Origin: an uncultured Chthoniobacterales bacterium
GTDB lineage: Bacteria; Verrucomicrobiota; Verrucomicrobiia; Chthoniobacterales; SZAS-18
Assembly (NCBI GenBank): GCA_964249195.1
Contig: CAXUAZ010000001.1
Span: 1 to 63,316 of the forward strand
DNA: 63,316 nucleotides
Direction: 5' to 3'
Below the pieces are notes generated by a model, which saw nothing but the letters and a program-made list of their open reading frames with translations, was not told the DNA's origin and did no database searches. The translations under genes and the position numbers were made by a program. Positions 8,677 to 21,800 of this stretch are shown piece by piece. Each line of letters begins with the position of its first letter. The stretch's first letter is position 1.

Positions 8677-10209
8677 ATGAGTACGATTCTCCAAGACATC
8701 GAAACCCAGATCGCCGGCCTCAAAACCACGACTTCCCGCAGTAACGTCGGCGTGGTTCGCGAAGTCGGCGACGGCGTGGCCAAGATCGAAGGCCTGAGCG
8801 AGGTAATGCTCAACGAAGCCATCGAGTTTCCGAATGGCGTCGTCGGCCTCGCGCTCAACCTCGAGGAGAATCAGGTCGGCGCGATCCTGCTCGGCGATTA
8901 CTCGGGCATCGTGGAAGGCTCCGAGGTCCGCACGACCGGCAAACTGCTTCAGGTCCCGGTGGGCAAGGGCCTCCTTGGTCGCGTGGTGAACGCCATTGGC
9001 CAGCCGATTGACGGCAAAGGGCCGGTGAAGTCGGAGGTCAGCTACCCGGTGGAGCATCTCGCTCCGGGCATCATCAAGCGCCGCGGCGTCAATCAGCCCG
9101 TGCAGACGGGCATCATGGCGGTTGACGCGATGATCCCGATTGGCCGGGGGCAGCGCGAACTGATCATCGGGGACCGCGCGACGGGCAAGACGGCGGTCGC
9201 GTTGGACACCATCATCAGCCAGGCGAAGATCAACATCGCCGCGGAAAAAGCGGGCGTGGCGGATTTCCGGCCGATCTATTCCATCTACGTCGCCATCGGA
9301 CAGAAGAACGCGAACGTTGCCCGCGCGGTGGCGATCCTCGAGGCCGCGGGCGCGATGCCGTATACGACCATCGTTTCCGCGCCCGCTTCCGAGACGGCCG
9401 CCAACCAATACCTCGCCCCGTTTGCCGGCGCGGCCATCGGTGAGTGGTACATGGATAACGGGATGGATGCGCTGATCGTGTTTGACGATCTTTCCAAGCA
9501 CGCGGTCGCTTATCGGCAGGTGTCGCTGGTGTTGCGCCGACCCTCGGGCCGCGAGGCGTATCCGGGTGACGTGTTCTATTTGCATAGCCGCTTGCTCGAA
9601 CGCTCGGCGCGCGTAACCGAAAAGGACGGCGGCGGTTCATTGACGGCGCTGCCGATCATCGAAACGCAGGCTGGCGACGTGTCGGCGTACATCCCGACGA
9701 ATGTTATTTCTATTACCGATGGTCAGATCTACCTGGAGACCGACCTGTTCTACCAAGGCGTGCGGCCGGCGATCTCGGTGGGTTTGTCCGTGAGCCGGGT
9801 GGGTTCGGCGGCGCAGATCAAAGCGATCAAACAGGTGGCGGGCAAGATTAAGCTCGATTTGGCGCAGTTCCGCGAGTTGGCGGCGTTCGCGCAATTCGGC
9901 TCTGATCTTGATGCGCAGACCAAGGCGCGCCTAGACCGCGGCCAGCGCATCGTCGAACTCTTCAAACAGGCGCAGTACAGCCCGATCCCGGTCGAGGAAC
10001 AGGTGGTTGTTCTTTGGTCGATGCAGAACGGTTACCTCGACGAGGTTCCGGTCAATCGGGTCAAGGATTTCCAAAATCAACTCCAGGATTACGTGCGCAC
10101 CCGCAAGGAATCGATCCTGGCCGCCATTCGCGGGAAGGCGGCGGTGGACAAAGACATCGAAGCGCAACTCAAGGTAACGTTGGACGAGTTCAAGACGGCG
10201 TTCCGTTAA
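8677..10209 (+). CDS. atpA: F0F1 ATP synthase subunit alpha
   Basis: 510 aa with Walker [10 protein letters not shown] and strong family-wide similarity (ELIIGDR..., [18 protein letters not shown]). Confidence 0.97.
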   Translation: MSTILQDIETQIAGLKTTTSRSNVGVVREVGDGVAKIEGLSEVMLNEAIEFPNGVVGLALNLEENQVGAILLGDYSGIVEGSEVRTTGKLLQVPVGKGLLGRVVNAIGQPIDGKGPVKSEVSYPVEHLAPGIIKRRGVNQPVQTGIMAVDAMIPIGRGQRELIIGDRATGKTAVALDTIISQAKINIAAEKAGVADFRPIYSIYVAIGQKNANVARAVAILEAAGAMPYTTIVSAPASETAANQYLAPFAGAAIGEWYMDNGMDALIVFDDLSKHAVAYRQVSLVLRRPSGREAYPGDVFYLHSRLLERSARVTEKDGGGSLTALPIIETQAGDVSAYIPTNVISITDGQIYLETDLFYQGVRPAISVGLSVSRVGSAAQIKAIKQVAGKIKLDLAQFRELAAFAQFGSDLDAQTKARLDRGQRIVELFKQAQYSPIPVEEQVVVLWSMQNGYLDEVPVNRVKDFQNQLQDYVRTRKESILAAIRGKAAVDKDIEAQLKVTLDEFKTAFR

Positions 10210-10213
10210 AGAC

Positions 10214-10318
10214 AAAGGAGGAAGGTAGAAGGATGAAGGCAGAAGGCAGAATAAATCCCATGCACTTCACGCTTTTCCTTTAGCATCCTTCATCCTTCAT
10301 CCTTCTACCTTTTCTTCC
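10214..10318. repeat. heptad-repeat hairpin element 2 (atpA-atpG spacer)
   Basis: AAAGGAG GAAGGTA GAAGGAT GAAGGCA GAAGGCA (10214..10248), a 36-nt spacer, then ATCCTTC x3 and TACCTTT (10285..10312), continuing pyrimidine-rich to 10318. It ends 1 nt before the atpG GTG. Confidence 0.9.
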
Positions 10319-10319
10319 T

Positions 10320-12622
<2,303 letters not shown>

Positions 12623-12634
12623 GCAAACCCATTT

Positions 12635-13045
12635 ATGGCGACCATGCGGCTCGAGATTGTGACCCCGGAGGCGAAGACGTACTCCGAGGATGTTGACATG
12701 GTGACCATCCCTGGCAGCGAGGGGGAGCTCGGCATCCTGCCGTTGCATGCCCCATTGATGACTCAGCTCAAGCCGGGCGAGTTGAAGATCAAACGCGGCG
12801 GCCAGGAGACCCTGCTGGCGACCGGCGGCGGCTTTGCAGAAGTGACGGGCGACCGCGTGTCGATCCTGACCGACATGGCGGTGCAAAGCAGCGACATCGA
12901 CGAGGCGGCCGCGCAGGCGGCCATCGATCGCGCCCAGGCGGCGCTCGCGGATAAAACCCTGGGCGATGAAGCCCAGGCAGCCGCGCAGGCGGCCATTGCC
13001 CGTTCGCTCGCGCAACTGCACGTCAAGTGCAGGCATCGCGCCTGA
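12635..13045 (+). CDS. atpC: F0F1 ATP synthase subunit epsilon
   Basis: 136 aa, N-terminal beta-sandwich pattern (LEIVTPE..., GELGILPLHAPL) and C-terminal Ala-rich helices. Last gene of the operon. Confidence 0.9.
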   Translation: MATMRLEIVTPEAKTYSEDVDMVTIPGSEGELGILPLHAPLMTQLKPGELKIKRGGQETLLATGGGFAEVTGDRVSILTDMAVQSSDIDEAAAQAAIDRAQAALADKTLGDEAQAAAQAAIARSLAQLHVKCRHRA

Positions 13046-13330
13046 CCCGGTTACTGCAGCATCCGGTTCATCACCTTGAGCGGCTGTTTCCTCCAGGTAG
13101 AAAGAAGGGATCAGTCGGCAGCTCTCGCCGTTCGACGCCAGTTGGCGTCGCGGTGGACAGAGGAGTCTTCGTAGGCGTGACGGTCAGTCGCGGCGTCGGG
13201 CGCGGGAGCCACTCAAGGCTGCGTCGCTATCGAAGTTGCAGGCGCAAATTGCGAGAAAGCCCATTGCCTTCTGCTACGGAAAACGCGTGGTCGTCAGGCA
13301 GAATCCAGCTACGATCAATCCTTTCGCTTC

Positions 13331-15379
13331 ATGAACCACCTGTTCAACGTGCTGCTGGTTGTCATCGTGCTGATGAACGTCACCGGTGTGACCCTGCTTG
13401 CGCTCCCCTACTTGCGTCTGCCATACGGCCTCGCTCAGGCAGGGGCGGTGCTCGGGGGATGTCTCGTCTGCTTTTTCGTCGAACATTACGTCGGCTTGGG
13501 GCAAATGGGCTGGCTCTTGCCTGTTGGGGCGGTCGCCAGCGGTTGGTTGATCCGCGATCGGTGGGACGTATTTCGTGAAAACCTGGCTGCGACCGGCTGG
13601 CTGCTGGTCGGATTTTTCTACTGTCTGGCGTGGCGGTACTTATATCCAAATATCGATGCTTCGACCGAACGCATGGCGGATTTAAGTTTCGTGGCCGATT
13701 ACGCGCAAGGCGTCCGCCTGCCCCCGCCGGATCTGTGGTGCCCGCCGTACACGCTCAATCACTATTATAGTTTCCAGCATTATGCCGCCGGGCTGCTCGG
13801 CCGCTCGGCGGGCGTGAGCCCCGGGATAGCGTATCACCTGGCGTTTTGCCTCCTGAGCGGGCTGACGATGTCGGCGGCGTATGAGGGGGTGCGGCTTCTT
13901 TGCGCGCGGCGGTGGGCGCAGACGCTGGTGCTTGCGACCTTCCTCGTGGGGGGCACCGGCGCCAGCATCGTGACGCCTTTCATGCTCAAGGATTCGCGCC
14001 ATGAGGAGACGCCGTGGTGTTCGATGAGGTTTGTCGGAACGACGACTTCCAACAAGACCTTCCCGGATGAAAAACTCACCGCTTTCGGCAAATGGGTGCA
14101 GCAGCTTGCGCCGCCGACTAATAAGTTGAAACCGGTGGAAGAGCTGCCGATGGAGACGTTTAGCTACATCGTGGAGCTCGGCGATTATCATGCCCCGCTC
14201 GGGGGGGCTTTTCTGCTGGCTCTCTCGTTGGGGGCGGTCGCGCTGTTGTTGCACTCTGGCGGCGGTCCAGCCTGCGCGCTCCTGGGCGCCACTCTGCCGC
14301 TGACTCTTGCCACCAACGCGTGGACTCTTCCCTTCCAAACCATGCTGGCGCTTGGCGCCCTCGCGCACTTCCGGCTTGCGCGCGGGGTGTGGCCGCACTG
14401 GCGCGCGTTTCTCCTTGGCGCGGCGGGGGTGACCATCGCGTGCTTCCCTTTCTTTTCGTATTTCCTCCCGCTGACCGTCGGCAACCAGGCGCCTATGCGT
14501 TTTACCGGCGCGGATCTTCGCACGCCGTCGCCGTTTTTTGTGATCGTCTTCTGGCCCGTGCTGGTGGTCTGCCTGGCGCAGTTCTTCGCCGCGCGTCGGG
14601 AGGCGAAGTTGTTGCCGTTCTTTTGGTTGATGGCGCTGGCCGGGGCGGATCTCGTCTACATGGATGACATTTACGGACCGGGCGCGGAGCGGTTCAACAG
14701 CACGCTGAAATGGTGGCCCTGGGTGTTCAACGGCGCGCTGTTGTCCATCGCCGCGATCAACCTGAACTCCGCGCGGCGTTGGGTCCGCATCACCACGGCC
14801 GTGACGCTGCTCGTGGTGCTCAGTTTCACCGTTCGCCTCAGCTTTACGTGGACCGATGGTTTCAAGGCTTACCGCGATGCGCGCACCGCCGCGGTGTGGC
14901 AACCGACGAGCTTCGGCCAGTTGAGCGGCGACGCCTGGCTGCGCGGGAACACGCTCTACGGCAAGGACATGAACCGCGCCATGGGCTCCCTCCTTGACTA
15001 CCTGAAGGCGCAGCCGCGCGGGATCATGATCGAGAAACCGGACGAACGGGCGTTCGCGCAGGTGGGCGAGTTCAGCATCTTCAGCGGCCAGCCCACGCTC
15101 CTCGGGTGGGTGTCGCATGAGGAACTCTGGCGCAATAACCAGACCGATCTCGAGTCCCGCTACGCGCGCATTAACGACTTCTACGCCGGCACGCTGCCCG
15201 ACCCGCTGCGGTACCTCGACGCGCACAAAGTGCGCTTTGTGCTCTGGCTGCCGCGCAACAACAAGCCGCAGTCGCCAGACGCCTTCGAAAAGATGCAGAC
15301 CCGCCTCGCCAAGAATTATGATTGGAACGAATTTTACCGGGTAGGCAACGACATCGTCGGCGTGTGGGTTCGCCGTTAG
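13331..15379 (+). CDS. DUF2298 (Chlor_Arch_YYY-type)-like polytopic membrane protein
   Basis: 682 aa with many TM helices. The segment RYLYPNID...LPPPDLWCPPYTLNHYYSFQHY aligns by eye with RYLNPDLW...FPPYNPWYAGGFINYYYFGF of the 1441-aa protein at 18816..23141. The C-terminal soluble domains also align (GQPTLLGWVSHEELW vs GLPSVVGWDWHQRQQ). Confidence 0.65.
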   Translation: MNHLFNVLLVVIVLMNVTGVTLLALPYLRLPYGLAQAGAVLGGCLVCFFVEHYVGLGQMGWLLPVGAVASGWLIRDRWDVFRENLAATGWLLVGFFYCLAWRYLYPNIDASTERMADLSFVADYAQGVRLPPPDLWCPPYTLNHYYSFQHYAAGLLGRSAGVSPGIAYHLAFCLLSGLTMSAAYEGVRLLCARRWAQTLVLATFLVGGTGASIVTPFMLKDSRHEETPWCSMRFVGTTTSNKTFPDEKLTAFGKWVQQLAPPTNKLKPVEELPMETFSYIVELGDYHAPLGGAFLLALSLGAVALLLHSGGGPACALLGATLPLTLATNAWTLPFQTMLALGALAHFRLARGVWPHWRAFLLGAAGVTIACFPFFSYFLPLTVGNQAPMRFTGADLRTPSPFFVIVFWPVLVVCLAQFFAARREAKLLPFFWLMALAGADLVYMDDIYGPGAERFNSTLKWWPWVFNGALLSIAAINLNSARRWVRITTAVTLLVVLSFTVRLSFTWTDGFKAYRDARTAAVWQPTSFGQLSGDAWLRGNTLYGKDMNRAMGSLLDYLKAQPRGIMIEKPDERAFAQVGEFSIFSGQPTLLGWVSHEELWRNNQTDLESRYARINDFYAGTLPDPLRYLDAHKVRFVLWLPRNNKPQSPDAFEKMQTRLAKNYDWNEFYRVGNDIVGVWVRR

Positions 15380-15385
15380 CCGCCC

Positions 15386-16822
15386 GTGAAGCCGCTCTGC
15401 GTCGATCTGGATGGCACGTTGATCAAAGGGGATGCCCTTTGGGAACAGACGCTGCAACTGCTGCGGACGCGGCCAGCAGTCGTGATCGAGATGCTCGGTT
15501 GGCTCATCCGCGGGAAGGCGTTCTTCAAAGAACAAATGGCGCGGCAGCCGATGCGGCCGATGGGGCCGGAGATGTTCAACGCGGAGATCGTCGACTGGAT
15601 CCGCTCCGAAGCGAAGTCGGGGCGTGAGGTGCGATTGGTTACCGCCGCGCATCGGACGGCAGCGGCGGCCGCGGCGGCGTACTGCGACTGCTTCCGGGAC
15701 GTGTCGAGCTCCACGGCGGAACGCAACCTGTCGGGTGAAAACAAGGCGGCGCTGTTGCGAGAGCTTTATGGCGCCGGCGGCTTCGATTATGCCGGCAATT
15801 CGACAGCAGACCTCCCCGCGTGGCGGGACTGCGATGTCGTCGCGGCCGTTCGCACGCGGCCGTCGTTGACGCGTCGCCTGCGGAAGATGCATCCCAAAAC
15901 GAGCGTTTATCTCCCGCTCCCGCCTTTTCTGTTTTCCGCATCCAAGTCGCTGCGGCCGCAGCAGTTGGTGAAGAATTTACTCTTGTTTTTGCCGTTGCTG
16001 CTGGCGCATCGCGGGGGTGAAATGGGCCTGTTGGCGCGAGCGGCGCTCGGATTTTTGGCGTTCTCGCTCGCGGCCTCGTTTGGATATTGCGTAAACGATC
16101 TCTTCGACATGCCGGCTGATCGTCTGGACCCGCGCAAATCCCGGAGGCCGCTGGCGGCGGGCGAATTGTCCCCGGCCAGCGGGTTCCTGCTGGCGGGCGC
16201 GGCCCTCTTTTGGGCGATGGTTGCGGCGCTGGCTTTGCCGCCGGCGTTCAGGGCGGCCGTGGCGGTCTACGTGGTGTTGACGCCGCTTTATTCGATGGTC
16301 CTCAAGACGATCATCGGCGTGGACGTGCTCGCGCTCACCGGCTTGTACGTCCTGCGCGTGCTCGCCGGGGGATTAGCGGCGGGCGTGCCGGTCTCGCAAT
16401 GGTTGCTGACGTTTTCGCTTTTTCTGTTCCTCAGCCTGAGCCTGCTGAAGCGCTTTGGGGAATTGCTGCTCTGGAAAGGCCGGCTCGGAGACGAGGAATG
16501 CATGCCCGGCCGCGCCTACCAGTTGCGCGATCTGGAGGCGGTCCGCGCGTTCGGCACGGCCAGCGCCTGCGTCTCGGTCCTGGTCTTCATTTTGTTCGTC
16601 AACACGCCGGGGACGCAGTTGCTTTATCCGTTTCCCGAGCTGCTCTGGTGCATCGGCGTGCTGCTCGCCTATTGGATGAACCGGTTGTGGATGCTGGCGG
16701 GGCGGGGCGGCATCCCGGGCGACCCCATCCCGTTCATCGTGCGCGACCGGGTCAGTTGGGGAGTGGCGGCGGCGGCGCTTTTGCTGGCGATCGGGGCGGC
16801 GATCTTGCATCACGGGACATGA
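15386..16822 (+). CDS. HAD-family phosphatase fused to UbiA-family polyprenyl-phosphate phosphoribosyltransferase (Rv3806c-like)
   Basis: GTG start 6 nt after the upstream stop. HAD motifs VDLDGTL, LVTAA, GENKAA and GNSTADLP. The C-terminal polytopic half has the UbiA motif YCVNDLFDMPADRLDPRKSRRPLAAGE. Confidence 0.75.
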   Translation: MKPLCVDLDGTLIKGDALWEQTLQLLRTRPAVVIEMLGWLIRGKAFFKEQMARQPMRPMGPEMFNAEIVDWIRSEAKSGREVRLVTAAHRTAAAAAAAYCDCFRDVSSSTAERNLSGENKAALLRELYGAGGFDYAGNSTADLPAWRDCDVVAAVRTRPSLTRRLRKMHPKTSVYLPLPPFLFSASKSLRPQQLVKNLLLFLPLLLAHRGGEMGLLARAALGFLAFSLAASFGYCVNDLFDMPADRLDPRKSRRPLAAGELSPASGFLLAGAALFWAMVAALALPPAFRAAVAVYVVLTPLYSMVLKTIIGVDVLALTGLYVLRVLAGGLAAGVPVSQWLLTFSLFLFLSLSLLKRFGELLLWKGRLGDEECMPGRAYQLRDLEAVRAFGTASACVSVLVFILFVNTPGTQLLYPFPELLWCIGVLLAYWMNRLWMLAGRGGIPGDPIPFIVRDRVSWGVAAAALLLAIGAAILHHGT

Positions 16823-18096
16823 ATGCGCCATTTCCATCCTGGGGATTGCAGCCGCCCACCGAACCGGCAGCGGTTCGGCCGATCTCGTGGGAGGATCAAG
16901 CGGCGGAGCGCGTGACGGCGCCGGGACCCGCCCGGCTCGCCTACGGGCGCGGCCGCAGCTACGGGGACGTCTGTCTCAACAACGGCGGCGTCCTGATCCC
17001 GACCGCCGCCATGAACCGGATCGTCCGCTACGATCCCGCCGAAGGCGTGTTGACCGCCGAGGCCGGAATGACGTTTGAAGAAATTTTGAGTCTCGTGGTC
17101 AAGGATGGCTGGTTCACCCCGGTGACGCCTGGCACGCGGCGGCTGACCCTCGGCGGCGCGGTGGCAAACGACGTGCACGGGAAGGAGCATCGGACGCAAG
17201 GCACCTTCGGCCGGCACGTCAGCGAATTCGTCCTGTGGCGCTCCGATCGCGGACGAGTCGTCTGCAGCCCGCGGGAAAATGTCGATCTCTTTCGCGCTAC
17301 GATTGGCGGCCTGGGTCTGACCGGGTTGATCACAGAGGTTACCCTGCGCCTTTTGCGAATCCCCGGACCGTGCGTGGAGACAACGACCGTGGCAGGAGAC
17401 TTCGCGGAGATCCTGGAAAACGATCACCGGTTCACGGTGGCCTGGGTGGATGCCTCGGCCAGCGGCGCGCAGTTGGGCCGGGCGATGGCGACAAGCGGCG
17501 ACTTCGTTCCCGGTGAACGCGCGCCTGCGCGAAAGGAATTGCGCGTGCCGCCGATCTTCCCGTCGGGCTTGTTGAATCCTATTACGATTCACTTGCTCAA
17601 CCGGCTCCGTTGGCGAGATGCGGAGCGGAAGGAGCGGCAATCTTACGAACAATTTTTCCATCCGCTGGATCGTCTCGCCGGCTGGAACCATCTCTATGGT
17701 CCGCGCGGATTTTATCAGCATCAGTGCGTCATACCGAAGGCTGCGGGGAGCGAGCCGATCCGCGAGTTGCTGCGCCTGATGCAACGGCGCCGCGGCGCGT
17801 CGTTCGTCAGCGTGCTCAAAGCCTTTGGCGCGCTCGAATCCCCCGGGCTCCTGTCGTTCCCGCGCGAGGGATTAACCCTCGCCGTCGACCTGCCCAACAC
17901 CGGGCAACCTGTCTTCACCTTGCTCGACGAAATGGATCGGATCGCCGTCTCGGCCGGCGGCCGAATCTATCCCGCCAAGGACGCTCGCATGAGCCCGGCG
18001 ACTTTCCGGGCCGGGTATCCGAACTGGGAGACATTCGTCCGCTGGATCGATCCGGCGTTTTCCTCGAACTTCTGGCGTAGAGTGACGGCCGAATGA
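16819..18096 (+). CDS. DprE1-like FAD-dependent polyprenylphospho-ribose 2-prime oxidase
   Basis: In-frame ATG at 16819 forms an ATGA overlap with the upstream stop; the track ORF 16210..18096 is over-extended. GRGRSYGDVCLNNGGVLI and LGGAVANDVHGKEH closely parallel mycobacterial DprE1 motifs. Confidence 0.75.
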   Translation: MNAPFPSWGLQPPTEPAAVRPISWEDQAAERVTAPGPARLAYGRGRSYGDVCLNNGGVLIPTAAMNRIVRYDPAEGVLTAEAGMTFEEILSLVVKDGWFTPVTPGTRRLTLGGAVANDVHGKEHRTQGTFGRHVSEFVLWRSDRGRVVCSPRENVDLFRATIGGLGLTGLITEVTLRLLRIPGPCVETTTVAGDFAEILENDHRFTVAWVDASASGAQLGRAMATSGDFVPGERAPARKELRVPPIFPSGLLNPITIHLLNRLRWRDAERKERQSYEQFFHPLDRLAGWNHLYGPRGFYQHQCVIPKAAGSEPIRELLRLMQRRRGASFVSVLKAFGALESPGLLSFPREGLTLAVDLPNTGQPVFTLLDEMDRIAVSAGGRIYPAKDARMSPATFRAGYPNWETFVRWIDPAFSSNFWRRVTAE

Positions 18097-18809
18097 AGAT
18101 TCTCATCGTCGGCGCCACCTCGGCCATCGCACAGGAGACAGCGCGCTGTTTTGCCGCTTCAGAACACGCGGCTTTCCTGCTCGCGGGCCGTTCGGCGGCG
18201 CGGCTGGAGGCGGTGGCCGCGGACCAGCGGGCCCGCGGCGCAGCCGATGTCCAAACGTGGGTCGGGGAGCTCACCGATCCTGCGGCGGTAATCGCGGCCG
18301 CGGGCGATTTCGACATCATCTTGATCGCTCACGGCTCGCTGAGCGACGAACCGCGGGCCGCGATCGATCCCGCCTATCGGGCGGCCGAGATCGCGATCAA
18401 CCTGACGAGTCCGATGGCGTTTGCCTATGCGGCGGCGGAGTATTTCCGGCCCAAACGCTCAGGGCAGATCGCTCTGATCACCTCGGTGGCGGGCGTGCGC
18501 GGCCGTGCCCGGATTTTCTTTTATGGGAGTGCGAAGGCGGGATTGATCGCCTTTACCCAGGGCCTGCGCGCGAGCCTCTGCCGGGACGGAGTGACCGTCA
18601 CCGAATTGCGTCCAGGGTTGATCGACACGCCGATGACGGCGGGAGTGACGCACGGACTGCTCTCCACCTCCGCCGGCGAAGCGGGACGCTTATGTTATAG
18701 AGCCATCAAGGCACGCCGCGACGTCGCATATATCCCAGGATATTGGATCGTCATCATGACGATCATCCGACTCATTCCAGAAAAGATTTTCCAGCGAATG
18801 AAATTTTAA
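18093..18809 (+). CDS. DprE2-like short-chain dehydrogenase/reductase
   Basis: ATGA overlap with the upstream gene. 238 aa, Rossmann motif ILIVGATSAIAQE, and YGSAKAG catalytic YxxxK. Confidence 0.7.
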   Translation: MKILIVGATSAIAQETARCFAASEHAAFLLAGRSAARLEAVAADQRARGAADVQTWVGELTDPAAVIAAAGDFDIILIAHGSLSDEPRAAIDPAYRAAEIAINLTSPMAFAYAAAEYFRPKRSGQIALITSVAGVRGRARIFFYGSAKAGLIAFTQGLRASLCRDGVTVTELRPGLIDTPMTAGVTHGLLSTSAGEAGRLCYRAIKARRDVAYIPGYWIVIMTIIRLIPEKIFQRMKF

Positions 18810-18815
18810 GACGCG

Positions 18816-21800
18816 CTATGGCAATAGCGTGACCTTTGGAACCACCCAGGGAACCTGGTAGATCGCCGTGCCTTCCGCACGATAGATTTGGATCAGCCCG
18901 AGACGGGCAAACTTATCGACGGCAGGTTCCGGAGCGAAGGCCCGCTCGAGTTCGCCCACGACGACCAGTCCGATGCCATATTTATCGATTAACGACCGCG
19001 CATGGGCGTCCGAGCCGGTGCTGTAGATGGCCTGCACGTCGGCGATGCGCTGGGCGACCTTGGGTTCAAGGATGCCGGCCTGCTGCTGACGTTGGTGCCA
19101 GTCCCAGCCGACCACGGAGGGAAGTCCGGTTTGCACCGAGATGCGGCTTCCCCAGCTATAGAGTACGTTCCCCGTGTTCATCTCGAGGACGACCGGCGTG
19201 CCGGCGACGTGATCTTCGAGCCAGCGAATCGCCAGCAGATCGCCGCGCAAGGCAAAGTCGCGATTGCGGATCTGATAGCGGGCGGTATTCATATAGGCGA
19301 GTCCGTCCAGGGTGGGGGGGATGCGCACAAACCGGTCGCTCACCTTGGCCGGGACCGCGGTTGCCGGGTACACCAGCGAAAGCAATAGCAGCAGGCTGAA
19401 CGCGGCGATCCACGTCCACCGGATGCGGGGCCTCGCGGCTCGCAGGCGACTCCACATTTCAGGCAGGAACGCGGCTGCGGCGAGTCCGAAGAGGACCCAC
19501 ACTTGATAGTAGAATTTGAAGACGGTGTTCATGCGCCCGATGTCGCCGTCGAGCACGACAAATTCGACCAGGATGGAGAGCGCAAAGGCGAGCGCCGTCA
19601 TCAGAAACGGCAGAGCGGCTAATGGATCGCGGCGGCGGCTCACCGCGAATAACAACGAGAAGAGCAGACCGATGCCCAACAGGGCCGGAAGCGACCGTTG
19701 CGAAATCAGCACGACGACGGCGATGAGCACTCCGAGAGCCATTGCGGCCGAAAGCCGGCGGCGCTCGAATCGTTCGATCAATCCCCGCCGAACGGCCGTA
19801 CTGCCGCCGGGCAAGCACTGTTGCAACAAGAGCAGCCACGCCTGGCAGGCTCGCAGCGGCCCTTCCGCTCCCAATCGGCAACGCGCCACCAGAACATAGG
19901 CAACCACAACGATGAACAACGGAAAGCCGTAGATCAACAAATACGCGGAGAACGGAGTGCGCTCGCCATGCCAAAGAACAAACGCCCCGTAACCCGATAC
20001 GTAGTGCCGATAGAAGGGGAGAAACGCCAATCGCGCCGCGGCCAGGATGACGATGAACAATCCCACCGATTTCGCCGCTGCGCTCCAGAAGTCCCGCGCG
20101 GCATATTCGCCGTTTCGCCAGAACGAAAGGAAGAGCGTTAATCCGGTGAGCGCGCCGTAGGTCGGCCAATCCCACGTGTTCGTCGGCCAGAACAGACCCA
20201 GCAGAAACGCGAGCGCCGCGCACAGCGCCGCCTTTGTCCAAACCTTGCTCGTTCGGCACCAAGCCGCGAGCACGGCGATCAACGCAAGGGTAAAAGGCAG
20301 CGCAATCAGATGCGGGTGCAGATCGGCATACAGGTAACTCCAAAACGGAAACTCGGTGATGGGCGGGATCGAATCGGGCCGCTTGACCGGAATGGCGCGT
20401 GCGGCGACCCAGTACGGATCGGCGTCGTATATATATAAACGCTGCCCGGCGAGCGCGCGCCGCAATCCGCTATATGCGCGGATGGCGTTGGAGACGAGGG
20501 GGATCGTCAGTTCGTGATCCGACTGTCCGAGGCGCACCAGACGATTGTAAATATAGTTGACCTGGAATAAATTGCCGCAGAGCGCGACGAAGGCCGATCC
20601 CGCGATTGCGGGCCACAAGGATTTCGCCGTCGGAGTAATCGCGCGCGTAACCGAGAAAGCGGTCGCCGCCGTCAGGCCATAGAACGTCGCGAGACAAAGG
20701 TTGAAACCGATCTCGGGCGCAAGGCCCAGCGCCTTGATCAAACCGCCCGTCAGAACGAACCCGAAGTAATAGTAATTGATAAAGCCGCCTGCGTACCATG
20801 GGTTATAGGGCGGGAAGTAGTCGGACCGCATGACGCCATTGAGGTACGTCATTTCCATCGGCTTTTCGCCGCCCCAGCTCGCGTGCCACAGATCGGGATT
20901 GAGATAGCGGATCGTCAGACAAAAGCTGAACGCGGTCCAAAAGAAGAGCTCGCCCGCAAGCAGTCCTCGCCAGTGTTCGCGCAAGAACACGCCAATTGCG
21001 TTTCGACGCTTGATCGCAATCGCCGCGGCGCCCATCGCCGCCAGTCCCATGATGACCCACCAGTGACCCGCGCGGAAGGTGACCCACTCGACGCTGGCAA
21101 GCAGCCACAGCAGCCACAACGGAACGGCAATGGCAAAAAGCCGGGCGATGCCCGCCCCGCGATCCGGCAGTCCCCCGAAGACGGCAAACGCATAGGGATA
21201 GCCGACGGCAAAGAGAAACGTCAGCAATCCGATCCAACACAATACGGGCATGCGGTTGGCCAGATTATGACGATGGAAGATCTCGCTCCAGGTGCCGCCG
21301 TTTCGTTGCTGCGCCCAACGCTCGGGCGACAGGAGGATCGCGCGCTCGGTTCGCGCGGTCGGGGAAAGATGGCCGGAGGCCCATCGGGAATCGACCACGT
21401 GCGAGACATCGATGGGTCCAAGCAAGGCGCGCGCGGCGGCGGCGCTGTAGGCCTTGGTTTTCCGGAAGATCATCACCCGTGGATGATCGTAAACGCTGAA
21501 CGCTTCCTCCGCGGATTCCGTGGGGATGCGCCAGCCGAAGAGGTTCATGCGGCCGCGGAAATCAGCCACGAGTTTGAACCCAAGGCGTTCGTTGAAGAGC
21601 GCCTGATAGTACGCGATCGTCATGGGATACCGATGCGGCATCCGCGGGATCGAGCCGTAGAGTTTGTCGCTCGCGGTGATGAGGTAGTCAGCCTTTTCGA
21701 GCCCGCGTAAAACCAACTCGCGTTTGGCGGCGCTGTCGGGGTCGTACCACGGGAACTCGACGAAACGATAGGTATTGACGCCGGGCGTCCCCGGGAGCGA

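Noticed and set aside
8492-8680. Small ORFs reading through the heptad repeats (8492..8680, 10014..10283 and minus-strand counterparts), giving GRRMKAEG-type peptide repeats
   Set aside because: The repeat periodicity (7 nt) and arm complementarity explain the pattern at the nucleic-acid level. The ORFs overlap the atpH and atpA ends and have no independent coding support.
8546-10318. Possibility that the repeated GAAGGNN tracts are a CRISPR array or a minisatellite
   Set aside because: The units are only 7 nt, directly abutting with no spacers, and occur as inverted blocks. No cas genes are in the window.
13133-13150. Palindrome cgacgcca-gt-tggcgtcg downstream of atpC, considered as the atp terminator or an operator for the DUF2298 operon
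   Set aside because: The 2-nt spacer is too short for a hairpin loop, there is no T-run, and it is single-copy in the window. There is insufficient evidence for either role.
13682-15892. 736-aa minus-strand ORF, together with other long antisense ORFs (8635..9585, 12113..13036, 21981..23240, 24278..25390, 25697..26605, 29194..31287, 47528..48799, 56338..57366, 59985..61193)
   Set aside because: All lie opposite genes with strong family signatures and translate to Arg/Gly/Pro/Ala-rich sequences without recognisable motifs. I treat them as non-coding shadows.
16210-16818. N-terminal 203 codons of the 628-aa track ORF for the DprE1-like gene
   Set aside because: This part overlaps the UbiA-family gene out of frame and is low complexity. 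The in-frame ATG at 16819 gives an ATGA coupling and a full-length DprE1-like protein.
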